Part shown: positions 1 through 11,694 of the stretch, piece by piece
Position numbering within the stretch: the stretch's first letter is position 1
Layout: each line of letters opens with the position of its first letter
Source: Sphaeroforma arctica JP610
Lineage: Eukaryota
Direction of reading: 5' to 3'
Assembly (NCBI RefSeq): GCF_001186125.1
Contig: NW_014039708.1
Span: 1 to 37,876 of the forward strand
Length of the DNA: 37,876 bases
Notes under the pieces: model-generated
The model's database searches: none
What the model saw: the letters and a program-made list of their open reading frames with translations, nothing else
What the model was told of the DNA's origin: nothing
Position numbers and translations under genes: made by a program

Positions 1-1610
1 AATAATATTCATAAGCGCATACAAGCATGTATATCCAGTACTGAGGAATCAACCGAAATATACATATATGTATAGATCCTTGTCGTACGGTTCATCTAGC
101 AGTCCCTTATAGGTTGAATATTATGTGTGTAACCACGCGCTCCCATATTTTTGACTCAACATAAGCGGGTTTATATGACGTTGTGTCATGTGTGCGTGGC
201 ACTGTGTTGTGTCGGTGGGACGTGGGACATAGTGTAAGGCATTGTTGAGCCACTGAGCGGCGTGTATTTATGTGTAGCGCGAGATAGAGCGAGATCGAGA
301 TCTTCAAGACCACTGTTTTGCCTACGACACAGTCTTGTTTTGCATATTTTGTATTAAAAAAAAAGGGAATAATAAAATACTTTAGCAGTCAGACAGTCTG
401 GCACGATTTATTTATAGCAGCCAGACAGATTGGCACAGTGAGTCAGTGACATCAGTGACCAGAGTACAGACTCACCAATGAACACGGACATTTGTCAGGC
501 TGTCAGCACCTAAGGCCGACACCTGACATTTGAGTAAGTTGGCACTGGACACTTGACGGTTGCGGGTGTGAAAATTTATATTGTTTTAAAAATCAAATAA
601 AAAATCATACATTATGATATTCTGCGTATGGAGCCTGGAGTCTGGACACTCTCGGGAGTCTCCGGACTCTGGAGTCTGCTGGTGGGGGTGTTATCGAATG
701 TAAATATCTCTGCATTTAGAATTGTAGACAGTCAATAGTTAGTCAGTGAGTACAGTATGTAGTGTATTATTATTTTGATTTTTTACAAATAAAATGAAAT
801 AAAATAATACCTCTGTAATGTATGTATTTAATTTTACATACAATGATGCAGGCCTGTTCTGTCACTTCCGCCCTGGGCATGGGACTTGGGGGGGGGTGGC
901 CTTTCTCACCAGACATTATTGCAACAAAAAGTTGTTATTACATTCCAACCATAATTAAAAAAAAGCTTCATTACGACATAGGTTGTACTCATTGCTAGAT
1001 CTAGATATTAGCAGATGGAAGCAGATGGAATGAGCGTACATAAATAAGGATATGTACTTGTCCAGGCCTCATAACGGACAATGTATGTACCTGAAAATGT
1101 ACTACGTTTTATGCTAACGCACACAATCATAAAAGTTTTTACACATACGGTGTTCATTTTGGTGTTTCCAAAACGACAACTTAAAAAAAAAAAATCCAGA
1201 AACTGTTCTAAAATAGATCAACAAATGACAAATATACATTGGTCCGTATCCAACAATGTAAAAGTTTAATTTATATATCAGGCAATCGCTCATATTTTGG
1301 CAGATATAGTTGGGTGGTCATGTAACGTACGAAAACGTATCCCGTTCACCGTTAACGCAATGTTTTGAAAACGTGTTTACGCTTAGCTTAATGAGCCCTA
1401 CTTCTAGAGTGTAAAACTGTGATTTTCGAAGCAGTATAAACGGCGTTTATTTTCCAGTTGCTAGTAGTAGAAAAAAATCGAAATATGGACAGTTAGGCGG
1501 TTCGGATGTGATACTTTGGTTTAGCCACCAGTGGGGTCCGAAAACCAGGGGGGGGTGGGACTTTTGACTATTTATTTAAATAACTGAATACTGAATCATT
1601 TGCGTCATGT

Positions 1611-1830
1611 GGATGCTGAAATCTGAATTGCTAGTTGCTTGTGGATCATTTGAATCATGATTCATGATAGTGCTGATATTTATCTTCGTTGTAAAGAAAA
1701 AGCATGCACAGCATAGTGCAGGATGCTGAAATCTGAATTGCTAGTTGCTTGTGGATCATTTGAATCATGATTCATGATAGTGCTGATATTTATCTTCGTT
1801 GCAAAGAAAAACACGCACAGCATAGTGCAG
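1611..1830. repeat. Near-perfect tandem duplication, 2 x 110 bp
   Basis: GGATGCTGAAATCTGAATTGC...GCATAGTGCAG starts at 1611 and again at 1721. Each copy contains the 14-bp palindrome TGAATCATGATTCA. Confidence 0.95.
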
Positions 1831-2445
1831 ATGTACTGAATTACTGACACGAAGTTAAAAATAAATTACCCTACAAAAGTGAAAAGTCCAAACAAATCAT
1901 GTTTCAACTTTTTTAACTTTCAGATCACTGATTAGTGATTAGTAAATGACAGTTTAAAAAATAATTAAGAAATAACCTAAATAAACTACGGTGTCGCCCG
2001 AGGTATTTTGAGAAAAGAAATAACTTTTAGTTTGTTTTTTTTTAAATTTGTAATAAAATCGAATCAGTTTTGGTCCAATGTATTTTAGAAATGAATTCTC
2101 TAAAATACCTCGGGGCTCAGGCTCTAAGCCTGACTCAGGTAACCAGGTTATAGCCTCACAGTCACAGACTCACAGGACACATCTCAAACCGGGTTCCGTT
2201 AAAACGTTTATAAATCGAATATATATACGCTCCGATCAGTTTTTATTCCATATGCCGTCCTTTGTAAGCCCATAGGTGCAACTTGCGGGACAAACATTTT
2301 AGTGTGTATCATGTTCACACGATACGAACCAGTCCCATAAAAGAACTTTGGTAGACCCCTCTGATCGCATTATAACTGTTATTAAATATGCGTTTACGTT
2401 ACACTTTTATCCCGAACCCCCCCAACGGTGTGAGCTGGGACCAGG

Positions 2446-2530
2446 CTGACATTCTGACATTCTGACACTCTGACACTCTGACACTCTGACACTCTGACAC
2501 TCTGACACTCTGACACTCTGACACTCTGAC
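2446..2530. repeat. 8-bp tandem repeat (CTGACACT)n, about 10-11 copies
   Basis: Directly visible ctgacatt/ctgacact run. Confidence 0.95.
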
Positions 2531-3276
2531 AGGCTCTCTACTATACATAATAGATTTTAGAGTTGTAGTACTCGCGCCATCGCGCGTCGCGGACTGAAAG
2601 TCTCACGGCCTCCCGGAGGCTTCGCGCGTGCCGCGTTGTGACTCTGAGAGAGAAAGGAAACTCAGTCTTTAACTCGTTTTATTTAAAAAAAAATTATGTA
2701 TTGACTTGCGAGTCACGACTGTCATCAACTGTCAAGACTCAAGAGTGTTAACATTCAACAATATTTATTATAAAATAATTGCTTTATAAAATTTATCAAT
2801 AATGCTGTCGGCGGACTCATTACTCCAGAGTAGAGGCAAAAATCTATTTTTTTTAAAAAGCCATTGATGAATTTTTTTTTAAAACCAAACAATTAAACAT
2901 ATCTTGGTATTGTTGAATGTTGTGTCATGTGTGTCAGCCCGACTTAGGTGTGTAGGTGTGTTACTGTGAAATGTGAATATGTACGGTGTTGTAAATATAC
3001 AGACTTCAATCAGGAAACAGACGACCAATCACTTGTTTGGTCAAAATTCAACTCACACAAATCAGTATTACTATTCACTTCCAAAGTTCGGCAACATACT
3101 ATGTATTTTGCTGTTGTTTTTATATTTAAAAAAGAAAAATACTACTCAATACATAGTGCTATAGTTGCGAGTATTTAGCGGGTATTAATATATTGTAAAG
3201 ACTCGCGAGAAAACATATATAATATGATGGTCGTTCAAGGTGTCTATCAAAATCGCGAAAAATTTATAGACAAGTC

Positions 3277-5364
3277 ATGCGGTTAGCACAAATTGTATAC
3301 GTCGCCGTTTGGACAGCCAGCGTGGCTGGCACAGCTATACCGAACCCCGTATCACGGAACACCAGACTAGCAGATTCCGGGCTTGCAAGTGATAGTAATC
3401 TTGGACTGCGAACTCTTATCTTAGGGTCTACAGACGAGAATGTAATCGTGCCTAAAAATATTTTGAGTGCGTACGGATCACCATACGACGTTTACATTGG
3501 AACACAGCCAAGTTATGCGGAGAATAGTTGGCACTCTATTGTGATCGCTGACAGCGATGTCGATCCGGCAGAAGTCCGACAATATGCTGTGAGAACACGT
3601 GCCCGTATTGCTATATTACAGCCCTTGAAAGACGATTTAGGCGATCTAGGTGTTGTGCAGTCAAATGTGAACGGTTTTCCAAACGTGACGGTCGCCACTG
3701 GTGTGCCGGCCAGTATCTCAGGTGTACTAAACAACCAAGAATCCTGGAGTATCACAGAGTTGTCTCCCTTGGCTGTGATCATCGTTGATAATGAAGCAGT
3801 GCAACCTTTTTTGAAGTACAATGTAGTAGGTAGCAACGATTTTCTGGCTGCTTTCGTCTCCAAGAACAAAGTGACCGGTACTGAGGAAATGCACTTTATG
3901 TTCAACGCGATTGCGAATGAATTAACTCGTGATTTTGACATTAATTACTCTGTAGAAACGGAATCTACACACATTAACTTAGCTCTTGGACATGCATGGA
4001 TGGAATGGGTTACACGCGGCGTATTCATAGGATATCGTCGTATGACTCTCAACTTACACATCGATGATTGGTATCACAAAGCTGTGCCACTAGATGCACC
4101 AAATGCTGCTGCGCAACGTATCCAAGGCGTGGATGTTGAGAATTACGCAACGTGGAGAAAGAGTTTACACACCAAACTACCCGTGGGAAGCGATTTCAAG
4201 CTCGAACCGGCCTTCAACGGCGCTGGTATTGCCATGTTAGGGTTCGAAGACACCGAAGGACTTCTGGAAGCCACACAGAAGAATGCCGCTGAGTTTTTTT
4301 GGGTTTCACACACATGGACTCATGTGAACATGGACTGGGTTGATTCTGCGAAAACTACACACCCTGATGCGGTGCGATATGATGCGGAGTTTGACTACAA
4401 TAAGAGGGTAGTGCGCGGTGAGGGAATCGCGACCGAGGAGTACATAGATGCGTGGGCAGGCTACCCTGCTACACCATCTGGTCAATTTCTCAACAATGAT
4501 CCGATTCTTATGAAGAACAATTTTTCCCCACACTCCCTTGTCACACCTGAGATAAGTGGTCTGTGGCCAAAGGACTTCAACGGGAAGGTTGCTGATGGAC
4601 GTAAGGCATACCCTAAGAATGAGTTGTTCTGGGATCGTTTGATTGCCAATGGTATGTACAACGTCGTGGGCGATACTTCTAGGCTTGAGACGGTAGCCGA
4701 GTACAAGTATCATGGCATTTTCACAACTATCGATCAATACGGGACGTCATGGGGCATGATCATGCCCCGTTTCGGACCAAACGTGCCCTGGAATTGCTAT
4801 ACGGAATCCTGCCTTGAATATCACTACAACGACGAGGGTGCATGTGGCTGGATCGCGTATGGACCTACCTGTCCGGGGAAGATGTCAGGCTCCGACATCA
4901 TCATCCGTGAAGCCAAAACAGCCACCATTCCACTTCTCCAACTAAGATGGGATTCGTACATGTTCCATCAAGCGAATATGTTCAGCCAACCGTACAAGTC
5001 TGGTCAGGTGGGGTTGGTTAGCCAGTTCGCCGAAGAGGCATTGTTGGATGTCATGAGATTCGTAGATGGCCTTCCGTTTGTATCGCTGAAGATGGATGAT
5101 CTTGGTGATTTGTACCGTGAACGAATGACGAGAGACTACTGCGATATCCAAGGGTCAATTACATTTGCAACCGATGGCACACCCTCAAGTATCGAAGTGC
5201 AGGGTAAAAATGGTCCATGCCAAGCTGCTGTGACGATAACGAGCAGATCGGGACTCAGCTTTGATGGGGAAGCTGTCACTGTGTACGGTCCGGACAAGAC
5301 CAGTTTCCAAGACGCTACTACGATTAAGGCGGCAAAATTCAAGGTGGCTGGAAGCTTCTTTTAA
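3277..5364 (+). CDS. agd3: Secreted Agd3-like polysaccharide (alpha-1,4-GalNAc / galactosaminogalactan-type) deacetylase, CAZy CE18-like; 695 aa, intronless
   Basis: Single 695-aa ORF with an N-terminal signal-peptide-like segment (MRLAQIVYVAVWTASVAG). It carries carbohydrate-esterase motifs in the Agd3 order: GYRRMTLNLHIDD (D263/D264), WVSHTWTH (H345/H349), FSPHSLVTPEISGL, VVGD, MPR..NVPWNC and DSYMFHQAN (H564). The N-terminal LRTLILG...AYGSPYDV resembles the Agd3 N-terminal domain. Family assignment is from motif recognition, not a search. Confidence 0.82.
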   Translation: MRLAQIVYVAVWTASVAGTAIPNPVSRNTRLADSGLASDSNLGLRTLILGSTDENVIVPKNILSAYGSPYDVYIGTQPSYAENSWHSIVIADSDVDPAEVRQYAVRTRARIAILQPLKDDLGDLGVVQSNVNGFPNVTVATGVPASISGVLNNQESWSITELSPLAVIIVDNEAVQPFLKYNVVGSNDFLAAFVSKNKVTGTEEMHFMFNAIANELTRDFDINYSVETESTHINLALGHAWMEWVTRGVFIGYRRMTLNLHIDDWYHKAVPLDAPNAAAQRIQGVDVENYATWRKSLHTKLPVGSDFKLEPAFNGAGIAMLGFEDTEGLLEATQKNAAEFFWVSHTWTHVNMDWVDSAKTTHPDAVRYDAEFDYNKRVVRGEGIATEEYIDAWAGYPATPSGQFLNNDPILMKNNFSPHSLVTPEISGLWPKDFNGKVADGRKAYPKNELFWDRLIANGMYNVVGDTSRLETVAEYKYHGIFTTIDQYGTSWGMIMPRFGPNVPWNCYTESCLEYHYNDEGACGWIAYGPTCPGKMSGSDIIIREAKTATIPLLQLRWDSYMFHQANMFSQPYKSGQVGLVSQFAEEALLDVMRFVDGLPFVSLKMDDLGDLYRERMTRDYCDIQGSITFATDGTPSSIEVQGKNGPCQAAVTITSRSGLSFDGEAVTVYGPDKTSFQDATTIKAAKFKVAGSFF

Positions 5365-5669
5365 CGCTCACATACTATCCGGTGGCAGTATTGCGCGTAT
5401 CGATCACAACAAACGGAAATATAATTCCAACTATTAGTACTATTATCTACAAATATGGCCATTTTACTCAAACTATAAATAATTTTGGATACGAGATTCA
5501 ACACAAACATGATTTGTATTGCGTATAGGGCACAGAACAGTTCATGAATATATGAATGTTCTTGGAAATTTATAGACCGAAATGTGACTATTATAAGAGA
5601 AACATATCGATTTAAACAGCTCGGTATATTGTTCAACATGACTGCATGCAGATCTACATAATTTATTTC

Positions 5670-8600
5670 TCACCTATCAGGTACTTCTTCGTATATCTTG
5701 TCAGCACTCCGCGTTCGAAGTTTCGGTTTACTCTCGGTGTGTGATGTGTAGTCTGACCAGGTGACTGCTATCAAACCAGACACAATGAGTCCTGCCCCCA
5801 CCCAATCCAACGCCTGAATGAAATAAAAAGTTCGTGGCCAAATTGAAAAAAGTTTGAAGGGCATTTTAAATATCATTGCCTGAAGCAAAGATGCCTTCAG
5901 GCAGTACACAGCTGTTGCGATCATGATGTGATTGATTTCCCCACTGGTATGGCAGTAGACACTACAGACTGATCAGATCACGCCACAAAACCTACTACCA
6001 TACCAACCGTATCAATGGTACTACGCAGTCTATCACCTACCATAAGCTCATCCCCAAAGAAGATGTAGGACATGATGACCACAAATGGTATCTGTAGAGG
6101 CCATGCCGCGGTCACAAGCGACGGCTGCAGATACTGATGTGTCCACGAAATCAGCGCGTAGCACAGTGTCGATGCAATAAAAACTGCGTACAGCAGCGGG
6201 ATCCAGATGTTGTCGGCCAAGTGGAATCGGTCGGTCAGGCCCAGAGGAATGTACATGCCACAGCACAGTGTCATGAACAGCCCTCCGAAGAGATAGCTCC
6301 AGGCCACCACCGTCACCGGGTATTCACTGTACTCTGTGCAAGTAAGTCGCATCTGATTGGCCCATTGATTAAGCGCGCGAGGACGCACGTGCACCCGCGC
6401 TACATCGACGCTGTCGCTGATCAGGTCCATGTGCGTGTCTCTGACACCGTCTGCCTGCATTGTAGCTGCCGGTATATGGGGGTGAATGGGGTCTAAGCCA
6501 CTGTATAGTACCTCTGACGCACGCAACCCGCTCGCATCCAGGTTGGGGCTGTGTGACTCGGGGGCGGAGTCCTGGGCTCCTTTAGAAACCAGCAGGCGTT
6601 GCAGTATGATATACGTCGCCATGCAGGCTATGTTGGTTAGTAGACAGCATAGGCCAAATAGCATAAAGGAGGTCTGCGTCTGCACAGTCTCTGCCGAAGG
6701 TGCCCGGTGCGCAAGCACGATTACGATGGCACCACACACGGATGCGATGGTACCCAGTACACGGGCCTGGCCAACAGTCTGATATGTGAGCATGTTAATG
6801 ACGCGTAGGAAGGAAATAAGTCGATATACGACTCAGGTATGTGTATGAAGAGATGGGTCGGTATGTGCATGCACAAGGTGGTTTGGAGGTTAGTGTGACC
6901 ACTGCAAAATATAAACCAATAAACAAGGAGGGGTATTGACATATAAAGACACACTACATCTGTTAGTGGAACAGCAAGCTAGTGTATGTTTATTTCAGAG
7001 CGTTTGTGAGCGCGGCCAATACAACACATTGGTGGTATATTGGCGAGCAGGCGATTTGGAATACAGACAAGCGACAGTTTATTGTGGCTTGAGATACGAA
7101 ACATGCCGAACGGCGCGATATCAGGGGCAGTATATAGCAACCCAGAATATGAAACATGTATCACCGCCCAATATAAGGAGCAGTGAGAACTCTGGTACAA
7201 CTCGTGTCCAAACCACTGCGAATCTGATACAGAGAGTTACCAGCGTGTTACACAGAAGCCAGCATGTTCGATTAGCACAAGACTCAACATACGTCACTGC
7301 TGCAAGAAGGAGACTACACTGAAGGGGGGGGGGGTCTTAAATTGCATACTGGGGATGAATACGGTCGCGCTAATTGTGCACTCACGCTACAACATCTACA
7401 CGACGCACTATACAGCTTAGTTCCAAAGACAGGATATTATATACTGCATCGATTCCTCTCCATCAATGCGAAGTACATACCAGGATTTCTTACAGCAGTC
7501 GACCTCTTTCAAGCACATAGATGACGCGATTAAGATCGATATCTCACACTCAATGCAAGGGCGATACGTAAGACAAAAGCAGTCAAACATACCTCTCTTA
7601 GGACCGGCATGGCCTCCATGCCACACGCGATGCTCATCAGGTACGTTACCACAGGTATGAGCGGTTGCATGATGGCGGCAATGGATGGGGTGGTGTAGTA
7701 CAACCCCAGGATGAAGCCCAATTGATTTCCCAGCATGCCGAACAAGCCCAGCAGCCCAAACAGTAGCCACTGGTATCGGTTTTTGGGGGAGTGACGCCCC
7801 TCCTTGAGTATGGCAGCCACCATCAACAGAGGCAAGGCCAGCATGTCACGCAATGCAGAGAACACCAATGGATCTGTTTTCTCACCCTACAACAAGCCAG
7901 TGTGTGTATATCAATAGAAAAAATTGATAAATACAGAGCTGCAGACGACAGAGTCAGATAACGAACCGTGATCTATCTCAGTACAGTCGACAGGCAAAGA
8001 AGAGTGTGAGGTAGTTACGCTCCACAATAGCAAGTACGTACGAATTGCATACGTGTACAGGTACGCTGTTATCTGAACCAACATACGGAGATATCGAAAC
8101 CGAATGGATGATCAAAAGCGAGCGTAAAAATAATGTATTGGAATCTACGAGTAGAACAAGGAATAAACCAGAGTTAAACGATTGTAATGTGATAAACCAG
8201 AGTTAAACGATTGTAATGTGATAAACCAGAGTTAAACGATTGCAGTATGGGTTTTTGATCGGGAAAGAATGCGCTATTGATACATTTTGCCTTAGGAGAT
8301 ATCAACAAATATTCTGAACCAACACACACATATCCGTAATCATTGCAACAAAGTGAATAACCGGTGTACATTTTGCGCGTAATTACCTTTACATGCACGC
8401 TACTCAGATAATTTCTATGTGTAGGTTAATCTATTCACGAATTAAACATGTATCATGAATAATTGTTTCTCATAGATATCATATGCGTCATTTAACGTGT
8501 GGTTTGACTAAAAGCACACATTGTGAATGTTGAGCATATATTTTTACGCATAAGATTCACGAATACGGTTTTTGCATAGTGTAATGATACATAGGACATC

Positions 8601-9696
8601 TACTCACGCATCAACATGTAAGTAACTAGGAGCATGTGTACATATATAACTATATCAGGACAACATCCATATAAAGTTACATGTTTTAACTTGTGTGCAA
8701 ACGAGCACAGTATATCAATACAAAAGCGAATACATCTCTTCTTCGATCCAAGATGTACTACATATGTAGATACATGTGATAGGAATACTACGACACAGAT
8801 GAACATAATACAATATGCACATTTGTATTGTGTGCGTTTGGTGTGTGTAAGGTGTGTGCATGGTGTAAGTATGCTGCAGCACGTACATCATACATCGCTT
8901 TGAATCAAGATGTTCTATATTTATGGATCAATACAATCAATATATTGCGATATACATAAGCATACATACACTGCGCGCGTGTAGGATATAAAAATGTCAC
9001 ATCTAATACATGATGATAGTACCGTGTTACACTTTTATAATGTATGGAATTGTGTAGCTATCAAGCCAGAATAAAAGCTTATCAGAATCATGCGTATCGA
9101 TCCGGATAATGCTCATAATGTATGATGTATGTTGGTTATGGCAAAACGATATATAGTACAATATTACAGATCAGTCTCTGTCCCATGAATACATGAATAG
9201 CAATCGTCGTAAGCAAATATTGTGCTCTTCTACATATGCACATTCAAGTGAACATTTNNNNNNNNNNNNNNNNNNNNNNNNNNNNNNNNNNNNNNNNNNN
9301 NNNNNNNNNNNNNNNNNNNNNNNNNNNNNNNNNNNNNNNNNNNNNNNNNNNNNNNNNNNNNNNNNNNNNNNNNNNNNNNNNNNNNNNNNAATAATAAACA
9401 CACACAATTTATATATATATTCAATGTGCAACGGAAATTGCTTCATGGTCAACGGCGTGGGGTATTGTTTTTTTTTGCGAGAGGTTTTTGCATATCACGC
9501 TATCAAACACATATATGTACAAATACGCGCTTCTAATCATGAATTCTATTTGTACGCTACTCACCTGTGCGAAAGCTTTCAGTATGATCGCATAACTCGA
9601 GAAGCCAAACTGAGTAAACACCAGTGCAAATAGCACCAGTCCCCAGGGGTACAGTTTGATAGCACATCTCATCCGCATACTGGCGCAACCGGACAT
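5670..9696 (-). CDS. EamA/drug-metabolite transporter (WAT1/UMAMIT-like), about 435 aa, 4 exons
   Basis: Exons (minus): 9696-9565, 7886-7593, 6778-6041, 5813-5670. All three introns are phase 0 GT..AG (donors GTGAGT, GTATGT, GTAGGT). The joins read LKAFAQ|GEKTDPLVFSALRD, GMEAMPVLRE|TVGQARVLG and FFGDELM|ALDWVGAGLIVSGL. EamA-type motifs: LGLYYTTPSIAAIMQPLIPV and PSLVTAAWPLQ...FFGDEL. The start could instead be a slightly downstream ATG. Confidence 0.88.
8163..8242. repeat. 29-bp tandem repeat, about 2.7 copies, in EamA intron 1
   Basis: ATAAACCAGAGTTAAACGATTGTAATGTG repeated. Confidence 0.9.
9258..9389. other. Assembly gap (N run); further gaps at 20396-20756, 22258-22323, 23526-23545 and 35580-35848
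   Basis: Runs of N. All lie in introns or repeat arrays. Confidence 1.
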
Positions 9697-10100
9697 CTCA
9701 CGCTATATACTCGCCAATTATCACGATATAGCACATGGCAATAGTAGTGAGTATATCAAGATATTTTGAGTCTTTATATACATATTTATTTATTCATATA
9801 TATCTAATAAAAATTATTGTATTCTGATATGAAATGTCAAGTGTGTATTTAACGATTACATTACGATGTATTGACTGACTCTCTCTAGAGAGTATTAGGG
9901 TGGTTGCTATGCATTTTATTTTTGGCGCGTGAGCTTTGGCAAAAAGCTACTGAGTAATCTATTTATAGAATATTATATTATAGGGGTGCACGTGCCGGTT
10001 GTCATCAGTTTTACTTAACATCGTCTTGCATAACCGGTCTCAGTATTAAAAGCTTGTATTTCGATGGAGCTAAGAGAAGCATATGTACCAAGCATCATTC
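9697..10100. promoter_or_regulatory. Likely divergent promoter region between the EamA gene (-) and MRD1 (+)
   Basis: AT-rich region upstream of the EamA start. It contains the palindrome CTCTCTAGAGAG (9881-9892), an E2F-like TTTGGCGC (9921-9928) and an E-box CACGTG (9989-9994). Function is inferred. Confidence 0.35.
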
Positions 10101-11237
10101 GTATCGTGTATCTAAACTGCGCTAGACCTACACACAAGAATAAGACAGTAGTGAAATCTAAGAAGACATCAAGCGCAACTCCGAATTAAAAGCCTGGCAA
10201 ATATGGCCGAAGCACCTGCCACGTATGTCATGCGTGCCGTGCCATTGCATCCTTTAGCTATCTGTGTTTAAAGTCAATGTGTGCTGTCTCAAGTTATTCC
10301 GTGTATTGTATTTATCTATTTAATGAGTGTCAACATGTAGTGTTTTATTGAGCACGAATTCGATTCATTGTTGTGCGAATATAAATGAGTTCGGATGTCG
10401 TGGAAGCAGTTCCCTTTTCTCCAAACTTACGAATGTGTGAACAGACATTTGATCACTGTTTCGGTAAGTAACGATAATCACCTCTCGGTTAACATATATA
10501 TATAATGTTTACGTAATGCAAGTAAATTTGTGATAGGTACAGAAAATCACCGCGGACCGTGTTCACACTATGAAATTAAATACATATTTACATTTTTAGT
10601 ATTCGATATTCCATTGCACGCTTCGGTCAATAGATTTGAGTGGACAGGTCACATGCATCGTTTGTAAAGACACGGTTTATATATGTAAAAAGTGGCTGTT
10701 GATATAAAAGGCCCTTGATATTGCTTGGGGTGCAGGGTGTTTGTTTTGGCGTGTACTTGCCAGCTTACAACCTGCATATACGCCCATAGCGGATTTCTCA
10801 TCAAAATCATATATGTAGTGTTCGAACAATGCGCCTGTATTGTTAAAGTACTTGTGAACTAAAATGCTTATCTGCTAGTTGAGGTCATTTGTATACACTA
10901 GACACCGTGGTGCATTCTGCTTAGTCAACTACTTGTATCGGGTAATTCTGTGCAATTGATCACAATCCTTTATACACACCTAAGCGCCGTATAGTATCTG
11001 TCCTCACCCAAGTGCAGATGTGGTAGATATACAGCTAGTTAAAATACCAGTATTGCATGATGATACAATTACGTGTGTGTGAGAGAAATATTTGGTTTTG
11101 AAAAACAATGATTAAAGTGATCTCAGTTGCACTCTTTATATGGATTAAGTGGTGTAGACAAAAATTGGCGTATTTTATATTCTCGTATCGTATCACCTGT
11201 TTTTTTATCTGGTTTAGATTGTTTGGCATTCTATTGG

Positions 11238-11581
11238 CAAACACTACTTCTACGAATCAATTGTTTGTAGGCGTGCACATGAAAGCTTTGCCAATAGTAC
11301 GAATTCACGATCATGCGATAGTGCTAATCGTTGTATATAACTACGTTTATTCTACCACATACCTACTGTGCATTCGCGCGAACCTTTCTCAGCGTTCGTT
11401 CACGATCACGCGATAGTGCCAAACACTAATTCTACGAATCAATTGTTTGTAGGCGTACACATGAAGGCTTTGCCAATAGTACGGATTCACGATCATGCGA
11501 TAGTGCTAATCGTTGTATAAACCGACGTTTGTTCTACCACATACGTATTGTGCATTCGCGTGAAGCTTTCTCAGCGCTCGC
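11238..11581. repeat. Diverged tandem duplication, 2 x about 182 bp
   Basis: CAAACACTA.TTCTACGAATCAATTGTTTGTAGGCG... starts at 11238 and at 11420. Confidence 0.9.
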
Positions 11582-11694
11582 TTCCTCGACAAGTCACACT
11601 CTGGGGATTCCACATGTATATCCACCTCGTTATTTCAATTTGTTGTACTGAGCTGTCATATTAAAGTTAATTGTTATTAATGTTCTTTCTACAG

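Noticed and set aside
3513..5342. Antisense ORFs within the deacetylase gene
   Set aside because: They are shadow frames of the 695-aa ORF.
3277..9696. A complete galactosaminogalactan biosynthetic cluster
   Set aside because: No glycosyltransferase, epimerase or glycoside hydrolase is visible in the window; only the deacetylase is present.
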